64,000 nucleotides of DNA from Octopus vulgaris. Taxonomy: Eukaryota. The notes beneath the pieces are model-generated. The model saw only the letters and a program-made list of their open reading frames with translations, did not search any database and had not been told where the DNA came from. How positions within the stretch are numbered: the first letter of the stretch is position 1; each line of letters starts with the position of its first letter. The stretch spans positions 57,102,001-57,166,000 of the forward strand of contig OX597833.1 in assembly GCA_951406725.2 (NCBI GenBank), given 5' to 3'. A program made the position numbers and the translations under genes. Shown here one piece after another: positions 51,940 through 64,000 of this stretch.

Positions 51940-52098
51940 TATCATTCCTGTAGGTGTCATAGGGTTTCTCGGGGTCAGACTCGTCGGACAGCTCATGAGC
52001 TATGTCATTGTCAGTGTAAGGCGGCAGCTCATCGGTGTGTTCACTGGAAGTGTTGTGTTTGTTCTCAATGTAGCCATTTGCATTTCCGTACGGACCAT
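51940..52098 (-). CDS. Internal coding exon (159 nt, phase 1-1) of an Echinoid-like Ig-superfamily adhesion protein, cytoplasmic region: xGPYGNANGYIENKHNTSSEHTDELPPYTDNDIAHELSDESDPEKPYDTYRND
   Basis: Manual translation of the minus strand. Acceptor ccttctag, strong donor A|GTGAGT, open frame, length divisible by 3, GC-richer than flanks, and splices in frame to the downstream exons. Upstream (TM/extracellular) exons were not found and probably lie beyond the window end. Confidence 0.85.
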
Positions 52099-52894
52099 CT
52101 AGAAGGATTGCAACATCAACATCATCATTGCCTGCCCGTTTTTTTTTGGTTTTTTTTTTAATTAATTAATTAATTAATAATTTACTGCTACTTAAACCAA
52201 GAAACATAAGCTAAGTGATATGAATAAAAAATATTGATGACAGAGAAAGGAAAGAACTGCATAAAATAAAAAAAAAGTGAATTTAAAAAATTTGCATGGC
52301 TCTTGTGCAGAAGTTTCCAAGAGAAAATGTGTAAAATGTGGCAGTTCTGAGAAAAAGAAAATTGGCTCAAAGTGGAAAAAGAAAGGCACGATGCAGGTGG
52401 AACCAAAAGTGAATTAGCAACATGCACATTTTCAAAATTGAGAAAAGGCACATCAACATGCAGCTTTAGGGCAAGAAAAAAAAAGGAACAGAACAATGTG
52501 CAAGTGAACTGAAAGATGTATGGAAGAAAAAAAAGGAGGAGGATAAAGTGAAAAATGAAGGAAAAGAGAAAAACTGTGTGCTAAGAAAAATGTGATGGTG
52601 AGAAAAACTGGAGAAAAAAAAAAACCCATTTTATCCCATACACATAATTTATATAACCTGCCTGAGATCATCTCTGATTCTTAGACACACACACACATGC
52701 AAAGAAAACAAAAAGCAACCTCCACCAGTTTCAAAGCATCCGTATTTACCATATGTATTTGGTGGCCATATAAGAGGCATACCCCCCCCCCAAAAAAAAT
52801 CACCCTTGGTTCAACATGTATGTATTTCTTTATTGCCCACAAGGGGCTAAACACAGAGGGGGACAAACAAGGACAGACAAAGGGATTAAGTCAG

Positions 52895-53096
52895 ATCCTG
52901 CCTTTCACACCTACCCCACAATGCCATTCTAAAAATAAACAATCACATTACCAAAATCTTTAGCATTCAGATTACTTTGTCAAATTTTTTCTCATCGTTT
53001 TCAATTAACCACGTATTATCTTGAAACTTCAAGATTTTGGTAATGTGATTGTTTATTTTTAGAATGGCATTGTGGGGTAGGTGTGAAAGGCAGGAT
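52895..53096. repeat. Perfect 66-bp inverted repeat with 70-bp spacer
   Basis: 52895-52960 is the exact reverse complement of 53031-53096 (checked base by base). Confidence 0.95.
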
Positions 53097-54770
53097 GCTG
53101 AAGAGGTAAGGTTATAAAATTTTCTTAGGTTTTCATTTGACTTCCATCCTGAATATGAGAAAAATCCTTAACATTTTGATCATCTCTCTCTTTCTCTTTT
53201 CTATTTTACTTGTTTCAGTCATTTGACTGCGGCCATGCTGGAGCACCGCCTTTAATCGAGCAAATCGACCCCGGGACTTATTCTTTGTAAGCCCAGTACT
53301 TATTCTATCGGTCTGTTTTGCCGAACCGTTAAGTGACGGGGACGTAAACACACCAGCATCGGTTGTCAAGCAATGCTAGGGAGACAAACACAAACACATA
53401 CATATATATATACGACAGGCTTCTTTCAGTTTCCGTCTACCAAATCCACTCACAAGGCATTGGTCGGCCCGGGGCTATAGCAGAAGACACTTGCCCAAGA
53501 TGCCACGCAGTGGGACTGAACCCGGAACCATGTGGTTGGTTAGAAAGCTACTTACCACACAGCCACATATAGTTTTGTTTAAATGAGTGAAACTTTCCTC
53601 CGTTTTAAACCAAAGCAGAACCCCCCCCCCCAACAATAACAAAAGCATCACAAAGCTTAAATGCTACAATGTTAAGTGAATTCTCTAATCCATGGCATTG
53701 TTACTTAAGCAACTAAAAGGTACACAGGTTAAATATTCTGTCCCCGATACACCATAAACCTTAATACAATGTAAAATTTCTTTTTGTGTTCTAATATTGA
53801 AAACGTTATCGGTTTGGCTTAATGGCATAAAAATCTAAAGGAAGAAGCTGTACACAATGAAATGATTCTTGCTCGTTTCGAAATCCCAATTTGATACAAC
53901 AGAGATGGTTGGCATTTACTGTGTCTACATAATATCAGTAATAACCCGATTCATTCAACCGATCTTATTTATGAGAACGATAATTATTAAGCTTGCCGTT
54001 TTATGATGAGTATAATGGCTTGAAATAAAGAAACAGAATGGCAAGCCTATTAATTGATATTCAACAAAAATGAAGTAAGCTAGAGCCAGCCATTCACCAC
54101 TGCCATTAAATTTGATTATTGTAATTTGTATATTTGATCTTGTGAGCATTGCAAATATTGGATTAACCTTGTATATCCAGCTATTCATTAAAATTGAAGA
54201 CAGTAGGGCACTATAGTAATAAAGCATTCAACACAGGCGCTCAGAAAATACAGGATCGCATCATGTATTACTCTTGTTGCTTAGGAAATCTGGTTTTGAT
54301 TCAGACAGTCTTTTACTGGGATTCTATTGTAAGTTAAGTGCAAATGCGTGGCTTTGTGGCTAGGGTGCTTGGACCATGCTAGGGTGCTTGGTACCAGTGA
54401 TGTTGACCTAGTAGAAGACACTTGCCCAAGGCGCCACACAGTGAGAATGAACCTGGAACCATGTGGTTGGTAAGCAATCTACTTACCACACAGCCACTCA
54501 AGACCTTTCTTCTAAATTCCTCCACCCCATGGTTGTTTATGGCAGACCAGCAGTCACCCATGCATACCAGCCTTCCCTCTCCACACCACTGATGTTATCC
54601 AAGGGAAAGGCAAAAGGCCGATACAGCTTAGTACCAGTGACATCACAACTCATTTCTACAGATGAGTGAACTGGAGCAACATGAAATAAAGTGTCTTGCT
54701 CAAGAACACAACACGTAGCCCGGTCTGGGATTCGAACTCATATCATGATTGTGAGCCTTACACTCTAACC

Positions 54771-54949
54771 CAGTGGTTTTCAACCAGGGTTCCGCAAAAA
54801 GTTACAAAACTGCTAAAATTGGCAGTAATTTTTAAGTCCCCTGTGCAGATATGTGTGCATAAGACTATTAAATTATTGCACAGGGGTTCCTCCAGCCAGT
54901 GGAATGTTTCCTTGGGGTTCCGCTCCAGCAAAAAGTTTGAAAAGCACTG
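54771..54949. mobile_element. Second copy of the hAT MITE, opposite orientation, nested in a SINE head
   Basis: Near-identical reverse complement of 30358-30559 with an internal deletion; imperfect TSD ctctaacc/ctctacct. Confidence 0.8.
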
Positions 54950-57900
54950 CTCTACCTACTGAGCCATGTGCCTTCACAGTTGAAACATAAGGCTGTGTAT
55001 TTCATTAGAAATATGGTGATCACCAAATCATCATCATCATCGTTTAACGTCCGTTTTCTGCGCTAGCACAGGTTGGACGGTTCGACCGGGGTCTGGGAAG
55101 CCAGGGGCTGCACCAGGCTCCAGTCTGATCTGGCAGAGTTTCTACAGCTGGATGCCCTTCCTAATGCCAACCATTCCGCGAGTGTAGTGGGTGCTTTTTA
55201 CGTGCCACCTGCACAGGTGCCAGGGGGGTCCGGCATCGGCCACGATCGGTTGGAGCTTTTAACGTGCCACCGGCACGGAAGCCAGCCAAGGCAACGGCCA
55301 CGTTTGGATGGTGCTTTTTATGTGCCACCGGCACAGGGTTTAAATAATGCTATCTTATGTAATGTTTGAAAATCTGGCTTAAAATGTGGAAATAAATGGA
55401 ATGGCTTGTTATTTTTATGATTCCTGATTATTATTTTCAAGATGATTAACCGAAACGCTTTAAGCATTCAGATTCTGTCGAATGTAAAGCTTATTAATTC
55501 ACATCATCTTCATCATTTAACGTCTGCTTTCTATGCTGGAATGGGTCCCATTGTTTTGAATTAATTATGTATCATGTAGTAGCTTTGAGTGCAAGTGTGC
55601 GGCTTAGTGGCTAGGGTGCTTGGATCATGACTGTAAGGTTGTGTGTCTGATACCTGGTGGTATGTTGTGTCCTTGAGTAAGACGCTTTATTTCATGTTGT
55701 TCCAGTGCACTCAGTTGACAAAAATGAATAGTACCTGGAGATCAAAAGGGCCAGCCTTGCCACATTCTGTGTCAGGCTGAATCTATTTCTTTACTACCCA
55801 CAAGGGGCTAAACACAGAGAGGACAAACAAGGACAGACAAATGGATTAAGTCAATTAATCGACCCCAGTGCGTAACTGGTACTTAATTTGTCAACCCCGA
55901 AAGGATGAAAGGCAAAGTCGACCTCAGTGGAATTTGAACTCAGAATGTAAAGACAGAAATACCTATTTCTTTACTACCCATAAGGGGCTAAACACAGAGA
56001 GGACAAGGACAGACAAACGGATTAAATCAATTATATCGACCCCAGTGTGTAACTAGTACTTAATTTATTGACCCCGAAAGGATGAAAGGCAAAGTCGACC
56101 ATGGTGGAATTTGAACTCAGAACGTAACAGCAGACGAAATACGGCTATGCATTTTGCCCGGCATGCTAACGATTCTGCCAGCTCGCCGCCTATTTTTAGA
56201 GTGATATCATAGGGTTGAAGCGAGAGGCCAGGTCTGCAGGAAATTTTGGTCAGATATGGCCGGTTTAAATGCTAAAGGGTGAAAGTGATCTAAATAAAAA
56301 CTTTCTTCAAAAGTTCATGTTAATTTATGGTTCAAATACCAGATTAATAATGACTAAATCCTTCATTATTTTCCAAATTAATTAAAACAATTTGCATTGT
56401 ATTTTCAAACGACAAAATTATTTTTACTACCTTCTTTACTAATTTTACTGAGATATGGTAACATGGTTAAAAACTATTTGTCATAGCTAGGATCTTTTAG
56501 GTCTGCTCTACTAGGGATACAAAGTAACCTTTGTATGGTCAAATAATCTGCTAGAAATAGCAGTCAAATCCCACTTGGAATCTGCTCTACTGTCTTATTG
56601 CCTAAAAGAAAAACAAAAAAAAAAACTCCTGTTGCATAAGACAATGTAATACTAACCTACATAAAAACAAAGAACGGTACAGTCACTGCTAGAACTGGAA
56701 CACCTTGGATTATGGTAAGTCTGTTCAATCAGGTCTGACTAACCTGGGGCTTAACAACAACAACAAGAGACAACTACAACCAGAATTGAATGTCTTTCTA
56801 ACAGTACAAATATCTGATCTACATACTATTTATCTATCGATTATTAATCTGATTTTACTCAATAATGTCAGTTCAGGCTAAGACAAGAGGAAAGACAACA
56901 CTGCTATAACAGAGAATGCCTGCCGTATTCTAAACGAGAAAGTTAAGGCAGAAGAGTGTTGCAAATGTGTGTTGTGTTGTCAACATAACAGGATTTCTCT
57001 AGATAATTGCTTAATTATCATAAACAACAGGGAGTAGGTTATTACAGGTGGGTTACTTATAAAGAAAACAATTGATTTTTTTCCCCTTTGCTTTTATTTT
57101 TTTTGATTTCATTTTGTTTTCATTTATTTATTTCATCTGAGAAGTTTCCCTGCTGTTCAGTGAATGTTGCAATCTGCGAACATGTAAGACAACAGCATAA
57201 GAACTACACATACAATTCTTGTATTCTATTTATCAGAATACAATAACTTTTTTGATATTTTCCAAGATGAAATTTCATGCTTCATGTTTTTTTTTCTTTC
57301 TTTTTCAAATCATAAAAAAAACCAAAAAAAAACCGAAACAAAACATCAATAATGTTTTTGGTAATGAATAAAACTTAATCAAAGATGTGAAAGTTAAATT
57401 CATGAAATTAGCATAATTTAATTTAAGAATTTCAATTCTCAATGAATGAATAACAGGTGCAATCAACCTGAGGCAGAAGGTGAATGAAAGGTAAAATATG
57501 GCAGAATTTGAACTCATAATATAAAAAGGTCAACTAAATAGGGCTCAGCTTTTGTTTCATCTCACTCCGCCATCCTCATACCAGCACCACAGTGACTGTC
57601 TGTCACCATTACCATACAATGAGGGAGTCTCTGCAAAGTCATTCAAACTGCTAGAAATGGCAGTCAAATCTTTTTCAGAATACATTTTGTTGTCTTAAAT
57701 AAGGCAGTCTACATTGAACAATATTGTCTCTAGTAGAGACAAAACAGGATGGTCATGGTTGAAATGCCTTTGAGCAGGAGTCCTCTCAATCCAAGGCCGG
57801 CTGGCCTGTGGCTAAAAACAACTGTTTTAAAGAAGCATTCTGCATGCTTACTGAAGTTGGTACAAATAGCAGTCAAATGTTCCTGAAATCACATGTTGCT

Positions 57901-58771
57901 ATTCTAAACGAAGGACACAGAGTTATGAGGTCCTTGGTACACGACGTCTAAATAAAACATGGAATATTTAGGACTGGAATGTCTTTGACCCTTAATATGT
58001 CGGTTGAATCAGAGCTGATATGGGGCTAAACAACAACAAACCAAGAAAGCCTCTAATGTTATCGCTCAGCATGCTAAAATTAGATGCCAAATCTGCCTCG
58101 AATTACACCTTACTCTTTTACTTGTTTCAGTCATTTGACTGAGGCCATGCTGGAGCACTGCCTTTAGTTGAGTGAATTGACCCCAGGGCTCATTCTTTGT
58201 AAGCCCAGTACTTATTCTATTGGTCTCTTTTGCCGAACTGCTAAACACACCAGCATCGGTTGTCAAGTGATGTTGGGGGGACAAACGCAGACATACAAAC
58301 ATATACACACACATATATATACATATACATATATACGATGGGCTTCTTTCAATTTCTGTTTACCAAATCCACTCACAAGGCTTTGGTCAGCCCGAGGCTA
58401 TAGCAGAAGACACTTGCCCAAGGTGCCATGCAGTGGGACTGAACCCGGAACCATGTGGTTGGTAAGCAACTGTCATAAAAAATAAAGTTTAAAAAAATAG
58501 TGAAATGAGGTGGGATCACATTAGATAACATACTTCTAGATAATTTGGGCTTGAATTAAGGCAGAGTGGTCATGGATGGAATGCCTTTGGTCACATGTTT
58601 GCATAACAAGGGCTGATTTGGGGCTAAACAAATACTACTACTACTACTACTACTTGTGGCAGTGAAACCTCATCTGTTGTTTAAGACTGATGAGAACCCC
58701 TCAACCTTTTGTTGAATAACCTGCATAGATGATTTGTTTACAGCGATCGAAATATTTCTGCTGCACATTAG

Positions 58772-58806
<35 letters not shown>

Positions 58807-59457
58807 AAATAAATCATCATTACCTGTACCTGAAAAGGCAGGTATGCCACATGCATCAGATGCCGAAGTGACTGCAGAACAACATGAAATGAAGTGCTTA
58901 ACTCAAGAACACAACACACTGCCTAGCTCAGGAATTGAAACCACAACCTTGCAAGTGTGAGTGCAACCACTAGGCCATACACCTTCACCACCACCACCAT
59001 CACTACTACTACTACTACTACTACTACTACCATTTCTTTATTGTATGGTACCAGGGCTAAGCCACACAATGAGACTTCTTGTCTTAGTCTAGTCTGCCTG
59101 GCTGACAAAATGGGTTTCAGCTGTGTAAACATTTCCTCCAACGGAATGCACAAACGCAGAAAATTTGCAACGAGTCACCCTATCCCAGATCCCCCACCCC
59201 CAGCAGCAGCAAAAGGGAGAAGAGTAATTACAATTCTGACTTAATTTTATTTTCATTTACTTTTTTATTTCTTTTTTTTTTTAAATATTTTTTTAGTATA
59301 AAAAAAAAAATGAAAAATAAAAATGGTTGGCCTATTAACTGGAACAATTCAGTATCGTTATTATTATTATTATTTTTTCGTTTACTTTTATCTAAAATAA
59401 ATTCTAATCTGAGGAAACGGGATTAAGCTTAAAACATACACACACACACACACTTGA

Positions 59458-59493
<36 letters not shown>

Positions 59494-60121
59494 ACGCACA
59501 GCCGGGCACATAGCAAACAGCCATACAAAACCGACAACAAAAACCCAACCGAATGCTACAAAACTAAAACCTCGTTAGCTTAGTTAACAAAGTTTTTGTT
59601 TAACGGAAATCAAATTATTGACAAGGGAAATAAATCTTTTGGAAATTACTCCAACCCCGTCCCCCCACACCACCACCCACATCGACGACAAGGAATACTA
59701 CTACCACCACCACCACCACTGGTCTCCTCTTACTGCCACTCCCCACTGCTGAAAACCAAAAATTTCTTTGGAAACCAGGTTAATCCACACAGATCATCAT
59801 CTTATCTTCAACTGCAGTAAAAATAACAATACCCAAAACTATAACATACCACATCCCCCCCCCCTCTCTCTCCCATTCTACTCAACCAGCCTCTCTCTAG
59901 AAAATCTATCTTGTTGGTTACCTACATTGTAACTATTATTATTATTATTATTACTATTACTACTATTACATTCTTTTTGTGCTTTACTTCTGAAGAGAGA
60001 GAGATTTTTTTTTTTTCTCAAAGAGTCAACAAGTGCTTTTCCAAATAGTTTTATCACCTTTACATCAAACACAGAATAAGGAATGGAATGAAGGACACTA
60101 ATTCTAATAAATTGTCAGCAC

Positions 60122-60160
<39 letters not shown>

Positions 60161-60661
60161 CTTTTACTTACTTTTACTTTTACTTGTTTCAGTCATTTGA
60201 CTGTGGCCATGCTGGAGCACCGCCTTTAATCGAGCAACTCGACCCCGGGACTTATTCTTTTTTGTAAGCCCAGTACTTATTCTATCGGTCTCTTTTTTTG
60301 CCGAACCGCTAAGTGACGGGGACATAAACACACCAGCATCGGTTGTCAAGCAATGCTAGGGGAACAAACACAGGCACACAAACACACACATATATACATA
60401 TACATATATACGACAGGCTTCTTTCAGTTTCCGTCTACCAAATCCACTCACAAGGCATTGGTCGGCCCGGGGCTATAGCAGAAGACACTTGCCCAAGATG
60501 CCACGCAGTGGGACTGAATATATATATATTTATTATTATTATAATTTTTATTAATAGTATCACTGTTGCATTGCCAAAATTTGAGCTTGCATCATCAACG
60601 TCATTACATTCCTGGCAATAACATCTGTTAATTCCTCACTCACACAGTAATAATAATAATG

Positions 60662-60706
<45 letters not shown>

Positions 60707-63172
60707 GTGTGCATGTGCATGGTGAATGGTGCATATGAAAAGGAAAATGAATATTTCTCAATCTTGAAGAAGAAGAAGAATGAGAACAAAAAAATAAAAG
60801 AGGAGAGGACAAGAAGAAAAGGAGGATGAAAATATATAGAGGGGATGGGGAGGAAGAAGAGAACAAAAAGTGGGCAGAATAAAAAGAAAAGAAAGTGGAG
60901 GAAAAAGAAAATAGACAAAGGAAGTAGAGGAAAACAGAAAGGGAGAAATATTAAGAAAAATAACTTTTTGTTTTTAAATACTGTTATGAGAAAAATACCA
61001 AGATATTGTGATATAAATAATTATCAGTAAATTCCTGAGTTGGGAACCTTCAAAGAAAACACTCCCCTATTTATCGAGCACCTCCCACGCTCATCACTCC
61101 TATCTTCTCTCCAGTGCACTGATTCGACTCTTAATACAAATTACTAGTTTACCGACTGAGCAGCAGAAGTGTGATATTGTACGAGGTTAAAATAGGATAA
61201 AGGGACCAGAACAGGTGTCTTGCTGAACAGGCGTTACAAATGTGAACCGGCAGAATCGTAAGCACATTTGGCAAAACTCTTAACAGCATTTTGTCCATTT
61301 TTACATTCATTTTGTGTTCAAATTTGCTGAGGTTGACTTTACCTTTCACCCTTAAGTGGGGTCAATAAAATAAGTACCAGTTAGTAACTGGGTTTGATCA
61401 TCATCGTTTAACGTCCGCTTTCCATGCTAGCATGGGTTGAACAATTTTGACTGAGGGCTGGCAAACCAGATGGCTGCACCAGGCTCCAATCTTGATTTGG
61501 CAGAATTTCTACAGCTGGATGCCCTTCCTAATACCAGACACTCTGAGAGTGTAGAGGGTGCTTTTTATGTACTGGCAATGACCACGCTCGAATCCTTTTA
61601 CACATGCCACCAGCACAGGTGCCAGTAAGGCGACATTGGTAACGATATCTCCTCCCGCAAAATTGCTGGCCTATTACCAAAATTTGAGGCCAATATTATC
61701 CCTCACACAAGGCGGTGACCTGGCAGAAACCAATATTAAGCCTCATTGCATTGATTAAAATGTTGGCCGATGACGTTACACTCTAATTAGATGCAAATCC
61801 CCTCTCACAACCTCTTTTGTATATTCTTTTCTTTTACTTGTTTCAGTCATTTGACTGTGGCCATGCTGGAGCACCGCCTTTAGTCGAGCAAATCGACCCC
61901 ACGACTTATTCTTTGTAAGTTTACTACTTATTCTATCTGTCTCTTTTGCCAAACTGCTAAGTTACAGAAACATAAACACTTCATCGGTTGTCAAGCGATG
62001 TTGGGGGGACAAACACAAACACACACATATATATATATATATATATACGATGGGCTTCTTTCAGTTTCCGTCTACTAAATCCACTCATCACAAGGCATTG
62101 GTCAGCCCGAGGCTATAGTAGAAGACACTTGCCCAAGGTGCCACGCAGTGGAGCTGAACCCGGAACCATGTGGTTCGTAAGCAAGCTACTTACCACACAG
62201 TCACTCCTATATTTAACAGCAATAAAACAAAACAATATACGCGTGTGTCATCTACTGAGACCAAATAATAATAGCAACACGGAGAGAAGAGCCAATAAGA
62301 AGAGTAAATTAGCTTTCAAAATTAATGGGTACTTAGTGTAAATAGACACAAGTAGGCTGAAACTTCAATTTCAAGATACGCACATCAGATTAACTCGAAA
62401 GAACCAATCTAATAATAGAAACATAATGATACTAACAAAGATTTTCTTCACAAATTCTCAAGAGCAGACAATTGCCAGGCAGGATTTGTTGTTGTCCGAC
62501 TGAAGATTGTGTTTTTGTATGTATTGATAAATATATATTACTGCCTCAATGCCTTCACTTAACATAATAAGCACGAACTGAAGTTACTGTGAAAAGGCAA
62601 ATCTAATTAAGCAATTATTTTTAGTGCTTTCGAAGTCATTAGAGAGTCCCAAACCAGAGGTTTTACTCATTATAAGTTGCACCTTTTATTTAGTGTTAAA
62701 ACTAGGTGTAAATTTTTTTCTTTCCCCCCTTCATGGTTTTAGCTTTGCTCTGTTTCTAAATTGCACCTCAAGTTTTTCAATTTAAATCATCATCATCATC
62801 ATCGTTTAACGTCCGCTTTCCATGCTAGCATGGGTTGGACGATTTTGACTGAGGGCTGGCGAACCAGATGGCTGCACCAGGCTCCAATCTTGATTTGGCA
62901 GAGTTTCTACAGCTGGATGCCCTTCCTAACGCCAACCACTCCGAGAGTGTAGTGGGTGCTTTTTACGTGCCACCGGCATGGAGGCCAGTCAGGCAGTACT
63001 GGCAACGACCTCGCTTGAATCCTTTTACACATGCCACCAGCACAGGTGCCAGTAAAGCGCAAGTATAAAATTAGTGTAACTTATACTTATTTATCTCTCA
63101 GTCACAGAGGCCAATTTCAAAAACCATTCACAAGTATAAAATGAAATTGATGGTGATGAAGATAATATAGAC

Positions 63173-63457
63173 CAGTGGTTCTCAAACATTTTCAGGTTGC
63201 CATCTCCTTGGCACCCAGGCCAGATTCCTAGTACTCCCACCCTACTTACCACCACAAACATAGACCACTTTCTGCATCAAGTTCAAAACTGCAGTATTTC
63301 CCAAATAAAGCTTAAGCTAATTAACCCACTATTTTGTTGTTTTTACATCCATTGTCCTCTTTTGGCCACCCCTTTACTACCCCCACTTTTCTTCAGCACC
63401 CCCTGGATCTTTCCACCATTATCAGAGGGGTAGTACCACCCACTTTGGGAACCACTG
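63173..63457. mobile_element. Older hAT-type MITE
   Basis: cagtggttctcaaa ... tttgggaaccactg terminal inverted repeats. Confidence 0.6.
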
Positions 63458-64000
63458 ATCATCATTGTCATTTAACGTCCACTTTCCATGTTAGCATGGG
63501 TTGGACGGTTTGACTGTGGGCTGGCGAACCAGATGGCTGCACCAGGCTCCAGTCTTGATCTGGCAGAGTTTCTACAGCTGGATGCCCTTCCTAATGCTAA
63601 CCACTCCGAGAGTGTAGTGGGTGCTTTTACGTGCCACTGGCACGGGGGCCAGTCAGGCGGTACTGGCAATGACCTCACTCGAATCTTTTTACACATGCCA
63701 CCGGCACAGGTGCCAGTAAGGCAATGCTGGTAATGATCCCGCTCAAATGGTGCCTCCTACATGCCACCGGCACGGAAGCCAGTTAGCCGCTCTGGAAACG
63801 ATCATGTAGATGATAATGATGATGGTAATAATGAGGGATGATAATCATGAAGCTAATACTGATGATGATAAGGGTGGCTGATAATAACTGTGGTAAAGAT
63901 GAGGAAGATATAGATGATAAGGATTTGTGAGGCAGATTGCCACAGAAGGAGTGTGTGTAAATAACCACCTGAATTGACCTACACAGTTCAGAAGTAAAGA

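Noticed and set aside
59040-61230. Possible further upstream exons (near 59050-59120, 59680-59810, 61152-61222)
   Set aside because: AG/GT pairs exist, but the frames are stopped, phase-incompatible or low-complexity, with no convincing TM or Ig sequence.

Overview
AT-rich, microsatellite- and SINE-saturated animal genomic DNA. The SINE repertoire resembles that of octopod cephalopods; this is inference from recalled families, not a database hit. Almost all entries in the ORF track are spurious translations of SINEs and microsatellites. The real gene signal is missing from that track: three phase-1 coding exons on the minus strand (52098-51940, 41971-41906, 39748-39582). They splice into the cytoplasmic tail of an Echinoid-like Ig-superfamily adhesion receptor, with LPPY and PPSY motifs and the end ...RESGYSTPDSSRPKKVIYEVIV*, probably followed by a ~9 kb 3'UTR. 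The most interesting signal is a candidate 120-nt frame-preserving cassette exon (43151-43032) with an in-frame UAG, which could be a poison exon or an A-to-I stop-to-Trp switch. The same introns contain several strong fold-back structures. The window also holds a young 5'-truncated CR1-clade LINE with an intact 791-aa ORF, RLE-type and RTE LINE relics, Helitron, hAT, piggyBac-type and Mutator-like non-autonomous elements, several SINE families, and two tandem arrays. One array is a dimeric higher-order repeat of tRNA-like A-box/B-box units. Repeat boundaries were read by eye and are approximate.
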